Shown here piece by piece: positions 18,908 through 29,398 of a DNA stretch of 64,000 nucleotides. The position numbers and the translations under genes are program-made. This stretch comes from Ignavibacteria bacterium. GTDB taxonomy: Bacteria > Bacteroidota > Ignavibacteria > Kapaibacteriales > UBA2268. The notes beneath the pieces are model-generated. The model saw only the letters and a list, made by a program, of their open reading frames with translations, made no database searches and was not told the origin of the DNA. The stretch spans positions 814 through 64,813 of the forward strand of contig JAOADV010000004.1 of the NCBI GenBank assembly GCA_026417135.1. The letters are read 5' to 3'. Position 1 is the first letter of the stretch. Every line of letters starts with the position of its first letter.

Positions 18908-20317
18908 ATGAAGGTTGAAGAGCAACTTCGCGTACGAATAGAATCGTTAGCCTTTGAAGGGAAAGGGGTAGCTCGTTACAATGGTAAAATTATTTTTGTC
19001 AAATTTGCTTTACCCGGGGATTTGCTTGACGTTGTAATTATAAAAAGTAAAAAAGACTACGCTGAAGCAAAAATTTTAAGTATAATCGAATCTAATCCAA
19101 ACCGAATTGAACCTATTTGTAAACATTTCGGAACTTGTGGTGGTTGTAGTTTTCAAAATATTAAATATTCAGAACAATTGTTTTGGAAAAAGCACTTTGT
19201 CGCAGATGCTCTCGAACGTATAGCTAAAATTCATAAGGTCGAAATAAACGATGTTTTGCCTTCGGAACGTATCTTTAATTACCGAAATAAAGTAGAGTTT
19301 ACTTTTGGAACAAAGCCTTGGATTGAAGATGTGCTCCAATTTAAGTCTTCAGTTTCTACAAACACTGTTCCAGCCTTCTCGCTTGGATTTCATTTGCCAA
19401 ATCGCTTCGATAAAACTCTTGATATAGAGGAATGTTACCTTTCCTATTTTAGAGTTAATGATTTATTGAGCCAGATAAGGCAAAAAGCTCTCGAGCTTAA
19501 TCTCCGACCCTACGATTTAAGAACACATAAAGGTTTTTTAAGAAATTTGATTATACGAACTGCTCGACATAAAAATCAAGTTCTAATAAACATTGTTACT
19601 ACTTCCCAAATATCTAATAATGAACAGATTTTTTTAGACTGGATAGAAAGTGAGCTATCAAATTCAAATGAGTATTCTCACGTTATACATACAAATAATG
19701 ATTCATATTCCCCAATGCCACAAGGAGAAATCAAAGTAATTAAAGGTGAAGCTAACCTCGTCGAAATTCTAAATGGGCTGAACTTCAGTATCTCGCCTTT
19801 TGCTTTTTTCCAAGTGAATCCATACCAAGCTGAAAATCTTATGAAAAAGGTTATTGAATATGCTGAACCTGCTGGCAAAGTTGTTTGGGATTTATATTGT
19901 GGTAGTGGCACATTTTCTCTTGCACTTGCAAAAGAAGCGAAATTTGTTTATGGGATAGAGATAAATAGTTCCGCTGTTGAAGATGCAAGTATAAATGCCT
20001 CGAAGAACAACATTACTAATGTATCTTTTTTAGCTTTGGATTTACATAAAAAAAGTGTGCTTGCTGAATTGGCGAAATTACCCAAACCCGATGTGGTTGT
20101 GTTGGACCCACCACGAAGTGGTTTACACAAAAATATTCTTAATGCAATTGTTAATATACTTCCAAAGAAAATAATTTATGTCAGTTGCAATCCAACAACT
20201 CAATCGAGGGACTTGTTTGAGTTAGTAAAGTTTTATAATCTGTTAGAAATTCAACCGATTGATATGTTTCCACAAACATATCATATTGAAACAATTGCAA
20301 GTTTGGAAATTATTTAG
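18908..20317 (+). CDS. rlmD: 23S rRNA (uracil-5-)-methyltransferase RumA/RlmD family (TRAM domain, Fe-S cysteines, class I SAM methyltransferase)
   Basis: 469 aa. An N-terminal TRAM-like domain is followed by the CKHFGTCGGCSFQ cysteine cluster. A SAM-binding motif (DLYCGSGTFSLALA) and the catalytic region (PPRSG…SCNP) are present. Confidence 0.8.
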   Translation: MKVEEQLRVRIESLAFEGKGVARYNGKIIFVKFALPGDLLDVVIIKSKKDYAEAKILSIIESNPNRIEPICKHFGTCGGCSFQNIKYSEQLFWKKHFVADALERIAKIHKVEINDVLPSERIFNYRNKVEFTFGTKPWIEDVLQFKSSVSTNTVPAFSLGFHLPNRFDKTLDIEECYLSYFRVNDLLSQIRQKALELNLRPYDLRTHKGFLRNLIIRTARHKNQVLINIVTTSQISNNEQIFLDWIESELSNSNEYSHVIHTNNDSYSPMPQGEIKVIKGEANLVEILNGLNFSISPFAFFQVNPYQAENLMKKVIEYAEPAGKVVWDLYCGSGTFSLALAKEAKFVYGIEINSSAVEDASINASKNNITNVSFLALDLHKKSVLAELAKLPKPDVVVLDPPRSGLHKNILNAIVNILPKKIIYVSCNPTTQSRDLFELVKFYNLLEIQPIDMFPQTYHIETIASLEII

Positions 20318-20319
20318 AG

Positions 20320-21006
20320 GTGTTTATGGTTAACCTTGACGTTATATTAAAGTATAAGTACAATGTTTCGGAGCTATTTGTCTCGATACAAGGTGAAGGA
20401 ACGCGTGCTGGTTTGCCTTGCTTTTTTGTTCGGCTTCACGGGTGTGAGCTCAGGTGTCGGTGGTGCGATACCCCATATGCACTCGATTTAAAAGAGCGAG
20501 CGACAATCATTTCGGGCGAGGACATTTTAAACAAGATTCGTTCTTCGGGAATTAAGTTTGTTACGATTACTGGTGGCGAGCCATTGAACCAGCGTGCTGT
20601 TTTACCTTTGATGAAATACTTATGCGAAAATGATTTTACTGTCGTTTTGGAAACAAATGGACATTTAGATATATCCGAAGTGGACAAAAAAGTCATAAAA
20701 ATAATGGATTTGAAATGTCCCGGCTCGAAAATGGAAAAGTTTAACAACTATAAAAACATTGAGTATTTAGACAAAAAAGATGAGATTAAATTTGTCATCG
20801 CTGACCAAGCCGATTACAACTGGGCAAAAAACAAAATTTATGAATTGAACTTGCAAAAGTATGTCGGTACAATTTTATTTTCGCCTGTGTGGAAAGAATG
20901 CGACCCCGCACAGCTTTCTGAATGGATTTTGAAGGACAATCTTCCGGTTCGGTTAAATTTACAGCTCCATAAATATATTTGGGGACCAGATAAAAGAGGA
21001 GTTTAA
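20320..21006 (+). CDS. queE: 7-carboxy-7-deazaguanine synthase (radical SAM)
   Basis: 228 aa. FVSIQGEGTRAGLPCFFVRLHGCELRCRWCDTPYA carries the radical-SAM Cx3Cx2C cluster and the QueE N-terminal signature. Confidence 0.85.
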   Translation: MFMVNLDVILKYKYNVSELFVSIQGEGTRAGLPCFFVRLHGCELRCRWCDTPYALDLKERATIISGEDILNKIRSSGIKFVTITGGEPLNQRAVLPLMKYLCENDFTVVLETNGHLDISEVDKKVIKIMDLKCPGSKMEKFNNYKNIEYLDKKDEIKFVIADQADYNWAKNKIYELNLQKYVGTILFSPVWKECDPAQLSEWILKDNLPVRLNLQLHKYIWGPDKRGV

Positions 21007-22103
21007 TGGAAAATCCTAAAACATTAGCTATTGTTATGGCTGGTGGTCAAAGTCCCAATCTTTGGCCCAAGAGCACTTTTGCAATTCCGAAGCAATTTTT
21101 GCATTTTGTTGGAGAACACACCCTTTTGCAAAACACGGTCGAAAGGATATCCCACTTATTTCCGCTTGAAAAAATTTATGTCGTTACTGGTGCTGAATAT
21201 GAAAATATTGTCAAAGAGCAATTGCCTTCGTTGCCCGTAAAAAATATTGTGCTTGAACCTTTTGCTCGAAACACCTTGCCTTGTGTTTCTTTAGCGTTAA
21301 CACAATTAATCAAAGAAGTTTCCGACGAAACCGTTTGTGTGATTTTCCCGTCGGACCACCATATATCTAACTTTGGTGAATTTTTCACGGCTATCGAGAC
21401 CGCAGCTGATTTTGCAAAAATTAAGGATGCAATTGTAACTATTGGTGTTTCACCTTCGAGGCCCGAGACAAATTATGGGTACATTCAAGTTGACGTCCAT
21501 AAAAGGGATTTGGGTGATTATTATTACAAAGGAATTCGCTATACCAAGACCTTTGCGGAAAAACCCGATTTCGAGACAGCAAAGCGATTTATTTCGACTA
21601 ACGAGTTTCTTTGGAATACTGGTATTTTTATTCTTCGTGTTTCTACCTTTTGGAATTCTTTAAGGAATTGCTCCCCAGAAATTTATAATTATTTTAATAT
21701 TTTAAAAAAATTAGTCGATAGGCCCAATTTTGCTCAAGCTGTCGACGAGACTTATAGGCAAATCCAATCGATTTCAATTGATACAGGTATTATGGAATTG
21801 GCTCCAAATGTCTTTGTGTTGGAATCAAACTTTTCGTGGAGTGACGTTGGAACTTGGGAAGAAATCTATAGGCTTTCTTTGAAAGATGCTCAAAACAATC
21901 ACCTCGTCGGTGATGTTATCGCTATCGAAACTAATAATTGCTTAATTCAGACTCACGAGAAGCTGATTGCTACGATTGGTATCGACGACCTTGTAATTGT
22001 CGATACACCAAAAGCTTTGTTAGTTTGCAAAAGGCAAGATTCTCATAAAGTTATCGAAATTGTGAACTACCTTCGTAGGAAGAATGCAAGCACTTTTCTA
22101 TAA
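21006..22103 (+). CDS. mannose-1-phosphate guanylyltransferase (nucleotidyltransferase domain only)
   Basis: 365 aa. LAIVMAGGQSPNLWPKS…PKQF is the GMP N-terminal motif. There is no cupin/PMI C-terminal domain. It overlaps the queE stop by 1 nt (TAATG). Confidence 0.75.
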   Translation: MENPKTLAIVMAGGQSPNLWPKSTFAIPKQFLHFVGEHTLLQNTVERISHLFPLEKIYVVTGAEYENIVKEQLPSLPVKNIVLEPFARNTLPCVSLALTQLIKEVSDETVCVIFPSDHHISNFGEFFTAIETAADFAKIKDAIVTIGVSPSRPETNYGYIQVDVHKRDLGDYYYKGIRYTKTFAEKPDFETAKRFISTNEFLWNTGIFILRVSTFWNSLRNCSPEIYNYFNILKKLVDRPNFAQAVDETYRQIQSISIDTGIMELAPNVFVLESNFSWSDVGTWEEIYRLSLKDAQNNHLVGDVIAIETNNCLIQTHEKLIATIGIDDLVIVDTPKALLVCKRQDSHKVIEIVNYLRRKNASTFL

Positions 22104-22491
22104 AAGTTCCCCTTTACTTTTGTTAATACTTCTTGCATCTTGTTCAAGTGCAATAAAATTTGCAGAGCAAAACAAAATCCAATCCCGAGAACCAAACTTT
22201 TACTTTGAAGAAGGGTTGGCTTCGTTTTACGATGACAGGTTTGTAGGGCGAATTACAGCAAGCGGTGAAATCTACACTCATAGGGAATATACTGCTGCCC
22301 ATCGTCATTTACCTTTTGGAACTATTGTTAAAGTTTTAAACCTCGAGAATGGGAAAGTTGTTAATGTAAGAATTAACGATAGAGGTCCTTTTGTGAAAGG
22401 AAGGATTATCGACTTGTCTAAATCTGCAGCAAAGGATTTGGAAATGCTCGACGATGGTGTGGTTAGAGTAAGAATAGAAGTGATTAAGTAA
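22084..22491 (+). CDS. rlpA: septal ring lytic transglycosylase RlpA-family lipoprotein (DPBB domain)
   Basis: 135 aa. Lipobox LLASCSS. The DPBB signature is present: ASFYDDRFVGRITASGEIY…AAHRHLPFGTIVKVLNLENGKVVNVRINDRGPF. Confidence 0.75.
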   Translation: MQALFYKSSPLLLLILLASCSSAIKFAEQNKIQSREPNFYFEEGLASFYDDRFVGRITASGEIYTHREYTAAHRHLPFGTIVKVLNLENGKVVNVRINDRGPFVKGRIIDLSKSAAKDLEMLDDGVVRVRIEVIK

Positions 22492-22531
22492 ACTAATCTA
22501 TGAATTGCCAAGTTAAAGTCTTTTCCTTTGA

Positions 22532-23761
22532 TTACTCATAGCGTAAAGCTTCGACGGGGTCGAGCTTTGCAGCCCGATAGGCTGGATAAGCCCCAAAGGT
22601 AACGCCTAAAACCATACAAATTATAACACTTAAAATAACCCAATTGATTGGAAAATATAGTGGTAACTTGATTGCATCCCCTAAGAACATTCCCCCAACA
22701 AACCCAAAAAGTATTCCAATGATTCCCCCGATTTGACACAAGGTAACTGCCTCAATTATAAATTGGAACATAATCCATCTATTTTTTGCACCGACTGATT
22801 TTCTGATTCCAATTTCTTTTGTTCTTTCCTTTACTGCAATGAGCATAATGTTCATAATTCCGACCCCAGCAGCGACCAACGCAAAGCCCCCAGAAAGGAA
22901 GCCAAATATTGAAAGATATGAGACAAAACTACCAAATTGTTGTGAAATTGTTTCGTTTGTTTCTATTTCGAATGAATTTTCTTCCCAAGGTTTTTGGTTA
23001 CGAATTGTCCGCAAATTTCCTATGACTTCGTCTATTGTAGCATCTAACAAGTTTTTGTTTAAAGCTTTGATAGAAATAGTTAATGATTCTTCCCAAGGCG
23101 AGGCAAAGTATTTCAAGAAGTTTGTAATTGGTATAAGCACTAAGTTATCTTGGCTTCGTCCGAGTAACCCTCCGCGTACTTTTAGAATTCCTATAACAAC
23201 ATATTTTTGATTTTTTATTTGGATTTCTTTTCCTAAGGCATTTACGTTTGGGAAGATTTTGACTACGACGTCGTTACCAATAATTGCTACGTTTCGATTG
23301 AAATCGATATCGTCTTGTGTGAATGGCCTTCCATATTCGACATCGACAGAGTTGGTAACAAAGTAATTTTGGTCTGTTCCAATTAAATAGACGTCTGGGT
23401 CGGTCGAAAGATTTCCAGAAGTTATAGTCATCGACATTGTATAAGCCGATGCAGATATCCAAGGTGTAGATTGTACGGTCTTGGATAATTGATTAAACTG
23501 GCGATAGTTTAACGGTTTTCTAAATCTGTATTTACGCCAAGTATGGTCTGTTTGAATTGAAGGAGTTCGTTTAATCCAGAAAGTCGATTCGCCTATATCT
23601 TCTAATTGTTTTGTAACTGCGGACTCAAATGAATTTATCAATGTTCCAACTGTAATTAAGGCAAAAACTCCAATAGAGATACTGAGAAGAGTAAGGAAAG
23701 TTCGTAACTTGTGGGATTTAATCGAATCTATTGCAATAAGGATACTTTCCCAGACATTCAT
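22532..23761 (-). CDS. ABC transporter permease, MacB/FtsX family
   Basis: 409 aa. An N-terminal TM helix, a large periplasmic domain and a C-terminal FtsX 3-TM bundle (…GIRKSVGAKNRWIMFQFIIEA…). Confidence 0.8.
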   Translation of the reverse strand: MNVWESILIAIDSIKSHKLRTFLTLLSISIGVFALITVGTLINSFESAVTKQLEDIGESTFWIKRTPSIQTDHTWRKYRFRKPLNYRQFNQLSKTVQSTPWISASAYTMSMTITSGNLSTDPDVYLIGTDQNYFVTNSVDVEYGRPFTQDDIDFNRNVAIIGNDVVVKIFPNVNALGKEIQIKNQKYVVIGILKVRGGLLGRSQDNLVLIPITNFLKYFASPWEESLTISIKALNKNLLDATIDEVIGNLRTIRNQKPWEENSFEIETNETISQQFGSFVSYLSIFGFLSGGFALVAAGVGIMNIMLIAVKERTKEIGIRKSVGAKNRWIMFQFIIEAVTLCQIGGIIGILFGFVGGMFLGDAIKLPLYFPINWVILSVIICMVLGVTFGAYPAYRAAKLDPVEALRYE

Positions 23762-23768
23762 ATTTCAC

Positions 23769-25028
23769 CTATTCATATCTTAATGATTCGATTGGGTCTA
23801 TACGAGATGCTCGCATTGCTGGTAACAATCCAGCAAGTATTCCTACGAAAATAGCAACAATTGTTGCGTAAAGAACAAATTCGAAAGGCAGAAATTTCTG
23901 CAGGAAAGCTGTTGCGGGGACAAACTTAGGAAGAATATTTGCAGTTGCAAATACTAAAATTGAGCAAACAAAAATCGAAGTTAATGCTCCAACTAAGCAA
24001 AGTGTGGAAGATTCAACCAAGAATTGTAGCAGAATTGAGCGATTTTTTGCACCGACAGATTTTCTAATTCCTATTTCTTTTGTTCTTTCTGTAACAGAAA
24101 CAAACATTACGTTCATAATTCCAATTATTCCAACGATGAACGAAAGGACTGTCATTCCCAGCCCTATCCCCCAAACGTAAAGACGGAAAGTTGAAACTAT
24201 TTCTTCGAAAGCTTTTGTTTCGTTAATCGAAAAATCATCTTCTTGCCAAGGTTTTAGATTTCGTATCCTACGCATAATTCCGCGAGCCTCTTCTCGAACA
24301 TCGTCCATTCGGTCCAGATTTCCAGCCTTTATTCCAATAGAAATGTTTCGAGTATGAGTTCCCCCGAATAATTGCATAAAAGAACCTAATGGAATATAGA
24401 TTCTATCGTCGACGAAATCTAAAAGCATTGTCCCTTGTTTTTTCATTACTCCGATGACTTCGAATTCATATCCTTCCAATTTTATGATTTTTCCGATGGG
24501 GTCCGTCTCGGGGAACAACGAACTTACCACTTTGTGCCCCAGAACTACTACTTTCTTATTAAGTTGTTCTTCGAATTTAGTAAAGAATCGTCCCTTTTCG
24601 ACTTCTCCCGAAGGAAGTAGAGAATAATCTGCTGTAGTACCATAAACGATAATGCCGGTAAAATCTATTCCTTCTGACTTTGCATTTGCACCCCAAAATG
24701 TTGCACCCGGTACAGCGATTTCAGCAAGTGTTAGTTCGGAAATTAGCTGATTTGCTTGCCTTAAAGTTATTGATTTACGGTTCCGCACCTCTTTCCAACT
24801 TTTACCTCCAGACCAATCCCATTTGTCGATGTAAAGCATATCTTCGCCAATTAAGTTGATTGAATCCATTAAAGCTTTATCCAGGCCTGAAATTGCCCAT
24901 CCCATCAGAACAACGAAAGAAATTCCTATTACGACACCCAAAGTTGCAAGGAAGGAGCGAAGTTTATTTGCTCGAATTGAGTCCAAAGAAATCTTGATGC
25001 TTTCAACTATTTCCGTGAGAATTCTCAT
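23769..25028 (-). CDS. ABC transporter permease, MacB/FtsX family (second copy)
   Basis: Same architecture as the first copy (…GIRKSVGAKNRSILLQFLVES…). The start was moved to the internal MRILTEIV (ATG at 25028) so it does not overlap the upstream ATPase gene. Confidence 0.8.
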   Translation of the reverse strand: MRILTEIVESIKISLDSIRANKLRSFLATLGVVIGISFVVLMGWAISGLDKALMDSINLIGEDMLYIDKWDWSGGKSWKEVRNRKSITLRQANQLISELTLAEIAVPGATFWGANAKSEGIDFTGIIVYGTTADYSLLPSGEVEKGRFFTKFEEQLNKKVVVLGHKVVSSLFPETDPIGKIIKLEGYEFEVIGVMKKQGTMLLDFVDDRIYIPLGSFMQLFGGTHTRNISIGIKAGNLDRMDDVREEARGIMRRIRNLKPWQEDDFSINETKAFEEIVSTFRLYVWGIGLGMTVLSFIVGIIGIMNVMFVSVTERTKEIGIRKSVGAKNRSILLQFLVESSTLCLVGALTSIFVCSILVFATANILPKFVPATAFLQKFLPFEFVLYATIVAIFVGILAGLLPAMRASRIDPIESLRYE

Positions 25029-25051
25029 ACTGAAAAATAAAAAACTAAAGT

Positions 25052-25735
25052 TTAAGTATATTCTTCTCCTTCGATTAATCCATCGCGAAGGCGAATTATC
25101 CGCTGAGCTTTTTGCGCAATTTCTTTTTCGTGGGTAACCAGAACAATGGTATTCCCTTTTTCCCATAAATGGTGGAAAAGGTTCAAAATTTCGGCACCAC
25201 TTTTTGAATCTAAATTTCCCGTCGGTTCGTCTGCAAGAATTATGGAGGGTTGATTAACTAATGCACGGGCAATTGCAACTCTTTGTCGTTGACCACCAGA
25301 AAGCTCGTTCGGTTTGTGAGTCATACGGTCCTCCAAACCAACATCTATCAAAGCTTGTCGTGCTTTTGCAATTCGTTGGGCTTTCGAAACCCCAGCGTAA
25401 ACGAGGGGGAGCTCTACATTTTTAAGTGCATTCGCTCGCGGTAGCAAATTATACATTTGAAATACAAAACCAATTTCCTTGTTTCGTATTTCTGCAAGTT
25501 CATTGTCATCCATATCGCTGACATTTTCGCCTTTTAAATAATATTCTCCACTCGTTGGCGTATCGAGGCATCCGATTATGTTCATTAATGTCGATTTCCC
25601 TGAGCCCGAAGGTCCCATAATTGCTACAAACTCGTTTGGATAAATATTCAACGAGATATTTTTAAGGGCAAAAACTTGCTCTTCGCCAACTTGGTAAACC
25701 CGCGAGATATTAATCAATCGTATAAGAGGTTCCAT
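25052..25735 (-). CDS. ABC transporter ATP-binding protein (MacB/LolD-type)
   Basis: 227 aa. Walker [10 protein letters not shown], signature [15 protein letters not shown], Walker [12 protein letters not shown]. Confidence 0.9.
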   Translation of the reverse strand: MEPLIRLINISRVYQVGEEQVFALKNISLNIYPNEFVAIMGPSGSGKSTLMNIIGCLDTPTSGEYYLKGENVSDMDDNELAEIRNKEIGFVFQMYNLLPRANALKNVELPLVYAGVSKAQRIAKARQALIDVGLEDRMTHKPNELSGGQRQRVAIARALVNQPSIILADEPTGNLDSKSGAEILNLFHHLWEKGNTIVLVTHEKEIAQKAQRIIRLRDGLIEGEEYT

Positions 25736-25761
25736 TATTTATACTTTAAAATTCAAACTTC

Positions 25762-27039
25762 TTAGTCTGTGAAACTTATTTTCGAAGTGTCTACTTTTAT
25801 CGGGGAGCCGTCTTTCAATAATTTAGTAATTGCCATAAAACTACCTGAAATAACTTCTTGCCCTTCTTCCAAACCTTCGGTAATTTCAATATATCCCTTA
25901 TCGCTGATACCTGTTTTGACTTGAACCATCTTTGCTTTACCTTTATCGTTTAAAAAAACAACCGAAGGAATACTTGATTTCTTTTGCTTTTCTTGGTTCG
26001 AAGATTTTTCGACTTCGTTGGAGACGACGTCTGTGGATTTTTGCTTCCCGGCATCTAATCTAACTGTTACGCATTGTAACGGAACAGCTAAGACATTCTC
26101 CCTTCTTTGGGTTTTAATTTCGACGTTGCAGCTCATTCCAGGACGAAGTCGAAAATCGGGCTGTAGAAACCTAATTTTGACTTTAAAATTTACAACTTCG
26201 TCTTGGGTCCCAAATTTTGAAACCACTGCACTATGCCCAGTTTCAACAACAACTCCTTTGAAAATCTCGTCGGGGATAGCATCTACTTCGATGTCTGCGG
26301 TATCGCCAACTTTGACATTTACAATATCATTTTCATCAACTTCCACAATGGCATTCATTATAGACAAATCGGCAATTTGCATAATTTCGGTTCCAGACAT
26401 TTGAGCTGTCCCAACAACTTTTTCGCCTTTTTCAACGGTTAGTGAAGTTACAATTCCATTAATAGGGGCTTTTATTGTAGTCCGTTCGAAACTTCTTTGC
26501 ATTTGTCGGTATGCAGCAACTGCCTGTTCGTAACGCGATAGCCCCGCATTGTAGCTCGAGACAGCTCGTTCGAAGGCTGCTTTAGCGTTTTCAAAATCTT
26601 GCTTCGAAACAAACTCCTTTTTATACAATTCTGTAGCACGTTTTAATTCATTTTCTGCTCGAACTTTTTCTGTGTGAAGCACTTCGGTTTCGAGTTTAGC
26701 TGCTTCGGCAGCGGACTTAAATTGCTCGAGTTGGGTTTCGAAAATATCGGGTTTGATTCGCACAAGAATTTCTCCTTGTCGGACCGTATCACCTTCGCGA
26801 ACTCCTAAGTAAATTATCTCGCCACTTGTTTCAGATGAAATTTTTACTTGAATTTCTGGTTGAATCCTCCCAACCGCTGAAACACTTTGAACAATTGTCC
26901 TTCTTTCGACCTTCGTGGTCGTTACTTTTATTGACTCGTCTTTCGCACGCAAGGCAAAAATTAAAGTTATTACAAGAAGAAGAATAACCAGAAAGGATAT
27001 CGTAAGAAATACTCGCTTTTTTGATTTTCGCTTAGCCAT
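25762..27039 (-). CDS. HlyD/MacA-family periplasmic adaptor (membrane fusion protein)
   Basis: 425 aa. An N-terminal TM anchor, coiled-coil region, and lipoyl/beta-barrel domains typical of efflux membrane fusion proteins. Confidence 0.85.
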   Translation of the reverse strand: MAKRKSKKRVFLTISFLVILLLVITLIFALRAKDESIKVTTTKVERRTIVQSVSAVGRIQPEIQVKISSETSGEIIYLGVREGDTVRQGEILVRIKPDIFETQLEQFKSAAEAAKLETEVLHTEKVRAENELKRATELYKKEFVSKQDFENAKAAFERAVSSYNAGLSRYEQAVAAYRQMQRSFERTTIKAPINGIVTSLTVEKGEKVVGTAQMSGTEIMQIADLSIMNAIVEVDENDIVNVKVGDTADIEVDAIPDEIFKGVVVETGHSAVVSKFGTQDEVVNFKVKIRFLQPDFRLRPGMSCNVEIKTQRRENVLAVPLQCVTVRLDAGKQKSTDVVSNEVEKSSNQEKQKKSSIPSVVFLNDKGKAKMVQVKTGISDKGYIEITEGLEEGQEVISGSFMAITKLLKDGSPIKVDTSKISFTD

Positions 27040-27069
27040 TTTTAAACCGTTATTATTTTACTTTTCAAT

Positions 27070-27768
27070 TCATTTTGAATTAGCTATGTCTTCTTTGTGG
27101 AACACTGCTGTCTTTGCAATCATATCTTGCAAATTTTGTCGATTCTGTCCCAAAATTAACAAAAAGCTTATTAGAATTGCAAAAGACAAAATTGTTTGAA
27201 AAAAGCTTAGCACCAACGAAAGACTTATCGCCCAAAGGATACCAAGCAAATTAGCCGAATTCTTTATTAAGTATCTTATCCACAGCTCGGCTGGGGAAGC
27301 TGATGTAGCATCCGCCCTTGCTATTTTGATTCCAAGTAGAGCTTTGCCCAAAGAAACGCCAAAAAAGGCTTCTGAAAGAAAATAAATTATGCTTATTAAC
27401 GATGGAAATAGAAAATTTAAACGATTCGTTTCGAAAAATTCCTGTTGTATGTGCATTTGTTCAACTTGGTCGCTACTTGCCTCCAGTAATTCTTGGAAAA
27501 ATTGAGTATATGCGTCGAGGAAGCCGGTTGAATTATAAAACAAGAAAATAAAAACGAACAATAAAAGTGAATCTACCAATCCAGCAAGTAAACGTTTTCC
27601 AAAACCAACTCGTAGAATAATTGCATTACCACTTACGAATGAATTGCGGGAACTTGCAAGCCGTTCTTTTTCTTCTTCGGTTAACGAATCGAAACATACT
27701 TTGCAAATAGTGGGGGTTGCAAAGTAGTACGACGAAGGATAATCGTTTTGGCATTTTTCGCAAATCAT
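27070..27768 (-). CDS. RDD-family membrane protein with N-terminal zinc-ribbon
   Basis: 232 aa. CEKCQ…CKVC is a zinc-ribbon. It is followed by an RDD-like segment (GKRLLAGLVDSLL) and three TM helices. Confidence 0.5.
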   Translation of the reverse strand: MICEKCQNDYPSSYYFATPTICKVCFDSLTEEEKERLASSRNSFVSGNAIILRVGFGKRLLAGLVDSLLLFVFIFLFYNSTGFLDAYTQFFQELLEASSDQVEQMHIQQEFFETNRLNFLFPSLISIIYFLSEAFFGVSLGKALLGIKIARADATSASPAELWIRYLIKNSANLLGILWAISLSLVLSFFQTILSFAILISFLLILGQNRQNLQDMIAKTAVFHKEDIANSK

Positions 27769-27779
27769 TTTGGTTTCCT

Positions 27780-29123
27780 TTACTTATTGTCTAATTGTCC
27801 AGTTGCGTAAAGAATCTCCTTTTGGGCAATGTAATAACCAATAACAGCATTGATGTGGTTAATTTTTGAATTTATAAACAGATTATTTGCATAGTAATAG
27901 TCAATCGAGCTAACCGAACCTAAACGATATTTTTCAGAAATATTCTGGAAATTTTTTTCAGCATATTCCAGCGAACGACGGGTAGCAATTAGTTGCTTTT
28001 CGGCGGATTCTAAATTGTTCAAGGAAGTTATGATTTCTCTACGAATTGTTTGTTCAACTTGAAGTTTTTGCATATCCAGTTGAATTAATTGGGCTCTTGC
28101 TAATTCTATTTGATAATTTGTTCGAAAGTTCTCGAAAATAGGAATTCGAAGAGAAAGGCCAATATAGGAACGACCTAACTCTGAAAATTTGTTAAACTCG
28201 CTATTTGCCCAAGACCAACCGCCATAGGTTGAAAGCGTTGGGAAGTAGGTGGCTCGGGCAATTGTTAAAGCTGCTTTCCCAGCTTCAATTTGCTGATTTA
28301 AAGAAATTATCTCCAACCTATTGGCAAAGGCTTTATCGACAATTTTGTCGAAGTTTGAAAACAATTCTCGAAATTTTTTTATCTCCTCGTCTGTGAAGTC
28401 TTCCGGCAAGTCCGAATCTATAACATCAATTGATAACTCTGGGGCAACCCCCATAAGGCTCAAAAGGTAAGCTTTCGAATTTTTGACTTCGTTTTCGGCA
28501 GTTATTATTTGAATTTCTTTGTTGGTTAATTCAGCCTCTTGCGAAAGAACATTTGTAAAAGGGATTGAACCAACCTCGTAAAGAGAACGGATTCGTTCTA
28601 AATCTTTTTTTCCAATTTCAAAGTCTTGCTTTCTTGATTCTAAGATTTTTTTGTTTCGAACGAGATTAGCGTATGCTTTAATCACATTTAAAGTTACATC
28701 TTTGGTAACTTTGGTAAAATCCGAAAATGCCGAATTCATCTTGTCCTTTGCTTGGGAATAATATGCTTCCCTTCGAAATCCGTCGAACAAGTCGTAAGAA
28801 ACCGAAAGTCCCATATTATAAGAGTTAGGTTCGATTTTACCGACTTGAAGTGTTTGACCACCGATGTTAATTTTAGGTACTTCTTGCTGATTTAATTGTC
28901 TCGTATAACCAAGCGAGAAATTGACCGATGGAAGAAAATTGCCAAAGGCTGATGTGATTTCCGCTCCAGCTACGGAAATGCTTGTTTCTGCAATTTTAAT
29001 TTGCGGGTTGTTTTGTAATGCAATATCGAGACATTCTTTTAAGGAATAAGTTTTAATATTTCCTTTTTCTTGACTAAAAACAGAGAAAGATAAAAAGATT
29101 AGGAAGAATAAGACTTTTCTCAT
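27780..29123 (-). CDS. TolC-family outer membrane efflux protein
   Basis: 447 aa with a signal peptide. Two tandem OEP-like repeats with coiled-coil character (LKECLDIALQNNPQIK…). Confidence 0.8.
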   Translation of the reverse strand: MRKVLFFLIFLSFSVFSQEKGNIKTYSLKECLDIALQNNPQIKIAETSISVAGAEITSAFGNFLPSVNFSLGYTRQLNQQEVPKINIGGQTLQVGKIEPNSYNMGLSVSYDLFDGFRREAYYSQAKDKMNSAFSDFTKVTKDVTLNVIKAYANLVRNKKILESRKQDFEIGKKDLERIRSLYEVGSIPFTNVLSQEAELTNKEIQIITAENEVKNSKAYLLSLMGVAPELSIDVIDSDLPEDFTDEEIKKFRELFSNFDKIVDKAFANRLEIISLNQQIEAGKAALTIARATYFPTLSTYGGWSWANSEFNKFSELGRSYIGLSLRIPIFENFRTNYQIELARAQLIQLDMQKLQVEQTIRREIITSLNNLESAEKQLIATRRSLEYAEKNFQNISEKYRLGSVSSIDYYYANNLFINSKINHINAVIGYYIAQKEILYATGQLDNK

Positions 29124-29398
29124 CTTTTACAAAAAAATAAACAAATTAAGTAAACGAAAAGGTATTAAAAAAGTTGCAAAAGAAATAGAACGATAAAGTT
29201 CAAGAACTTGTTTCGAGAAAATTTTGAACCCATTTCAAAATTTCTTGTTATTCAAAGTAAATTAAAAGCAAGTTATTTGTAATTGTTCAATAACTTTTTT
29301 GGTCGAAAACTTTCTTTGTTAGAATACCTTTGATTTATAAAGCAAACTTGTGTTTTACAAAAATTCTTAATTTTGCTTTTTTTTATTCGGACTTTAGA

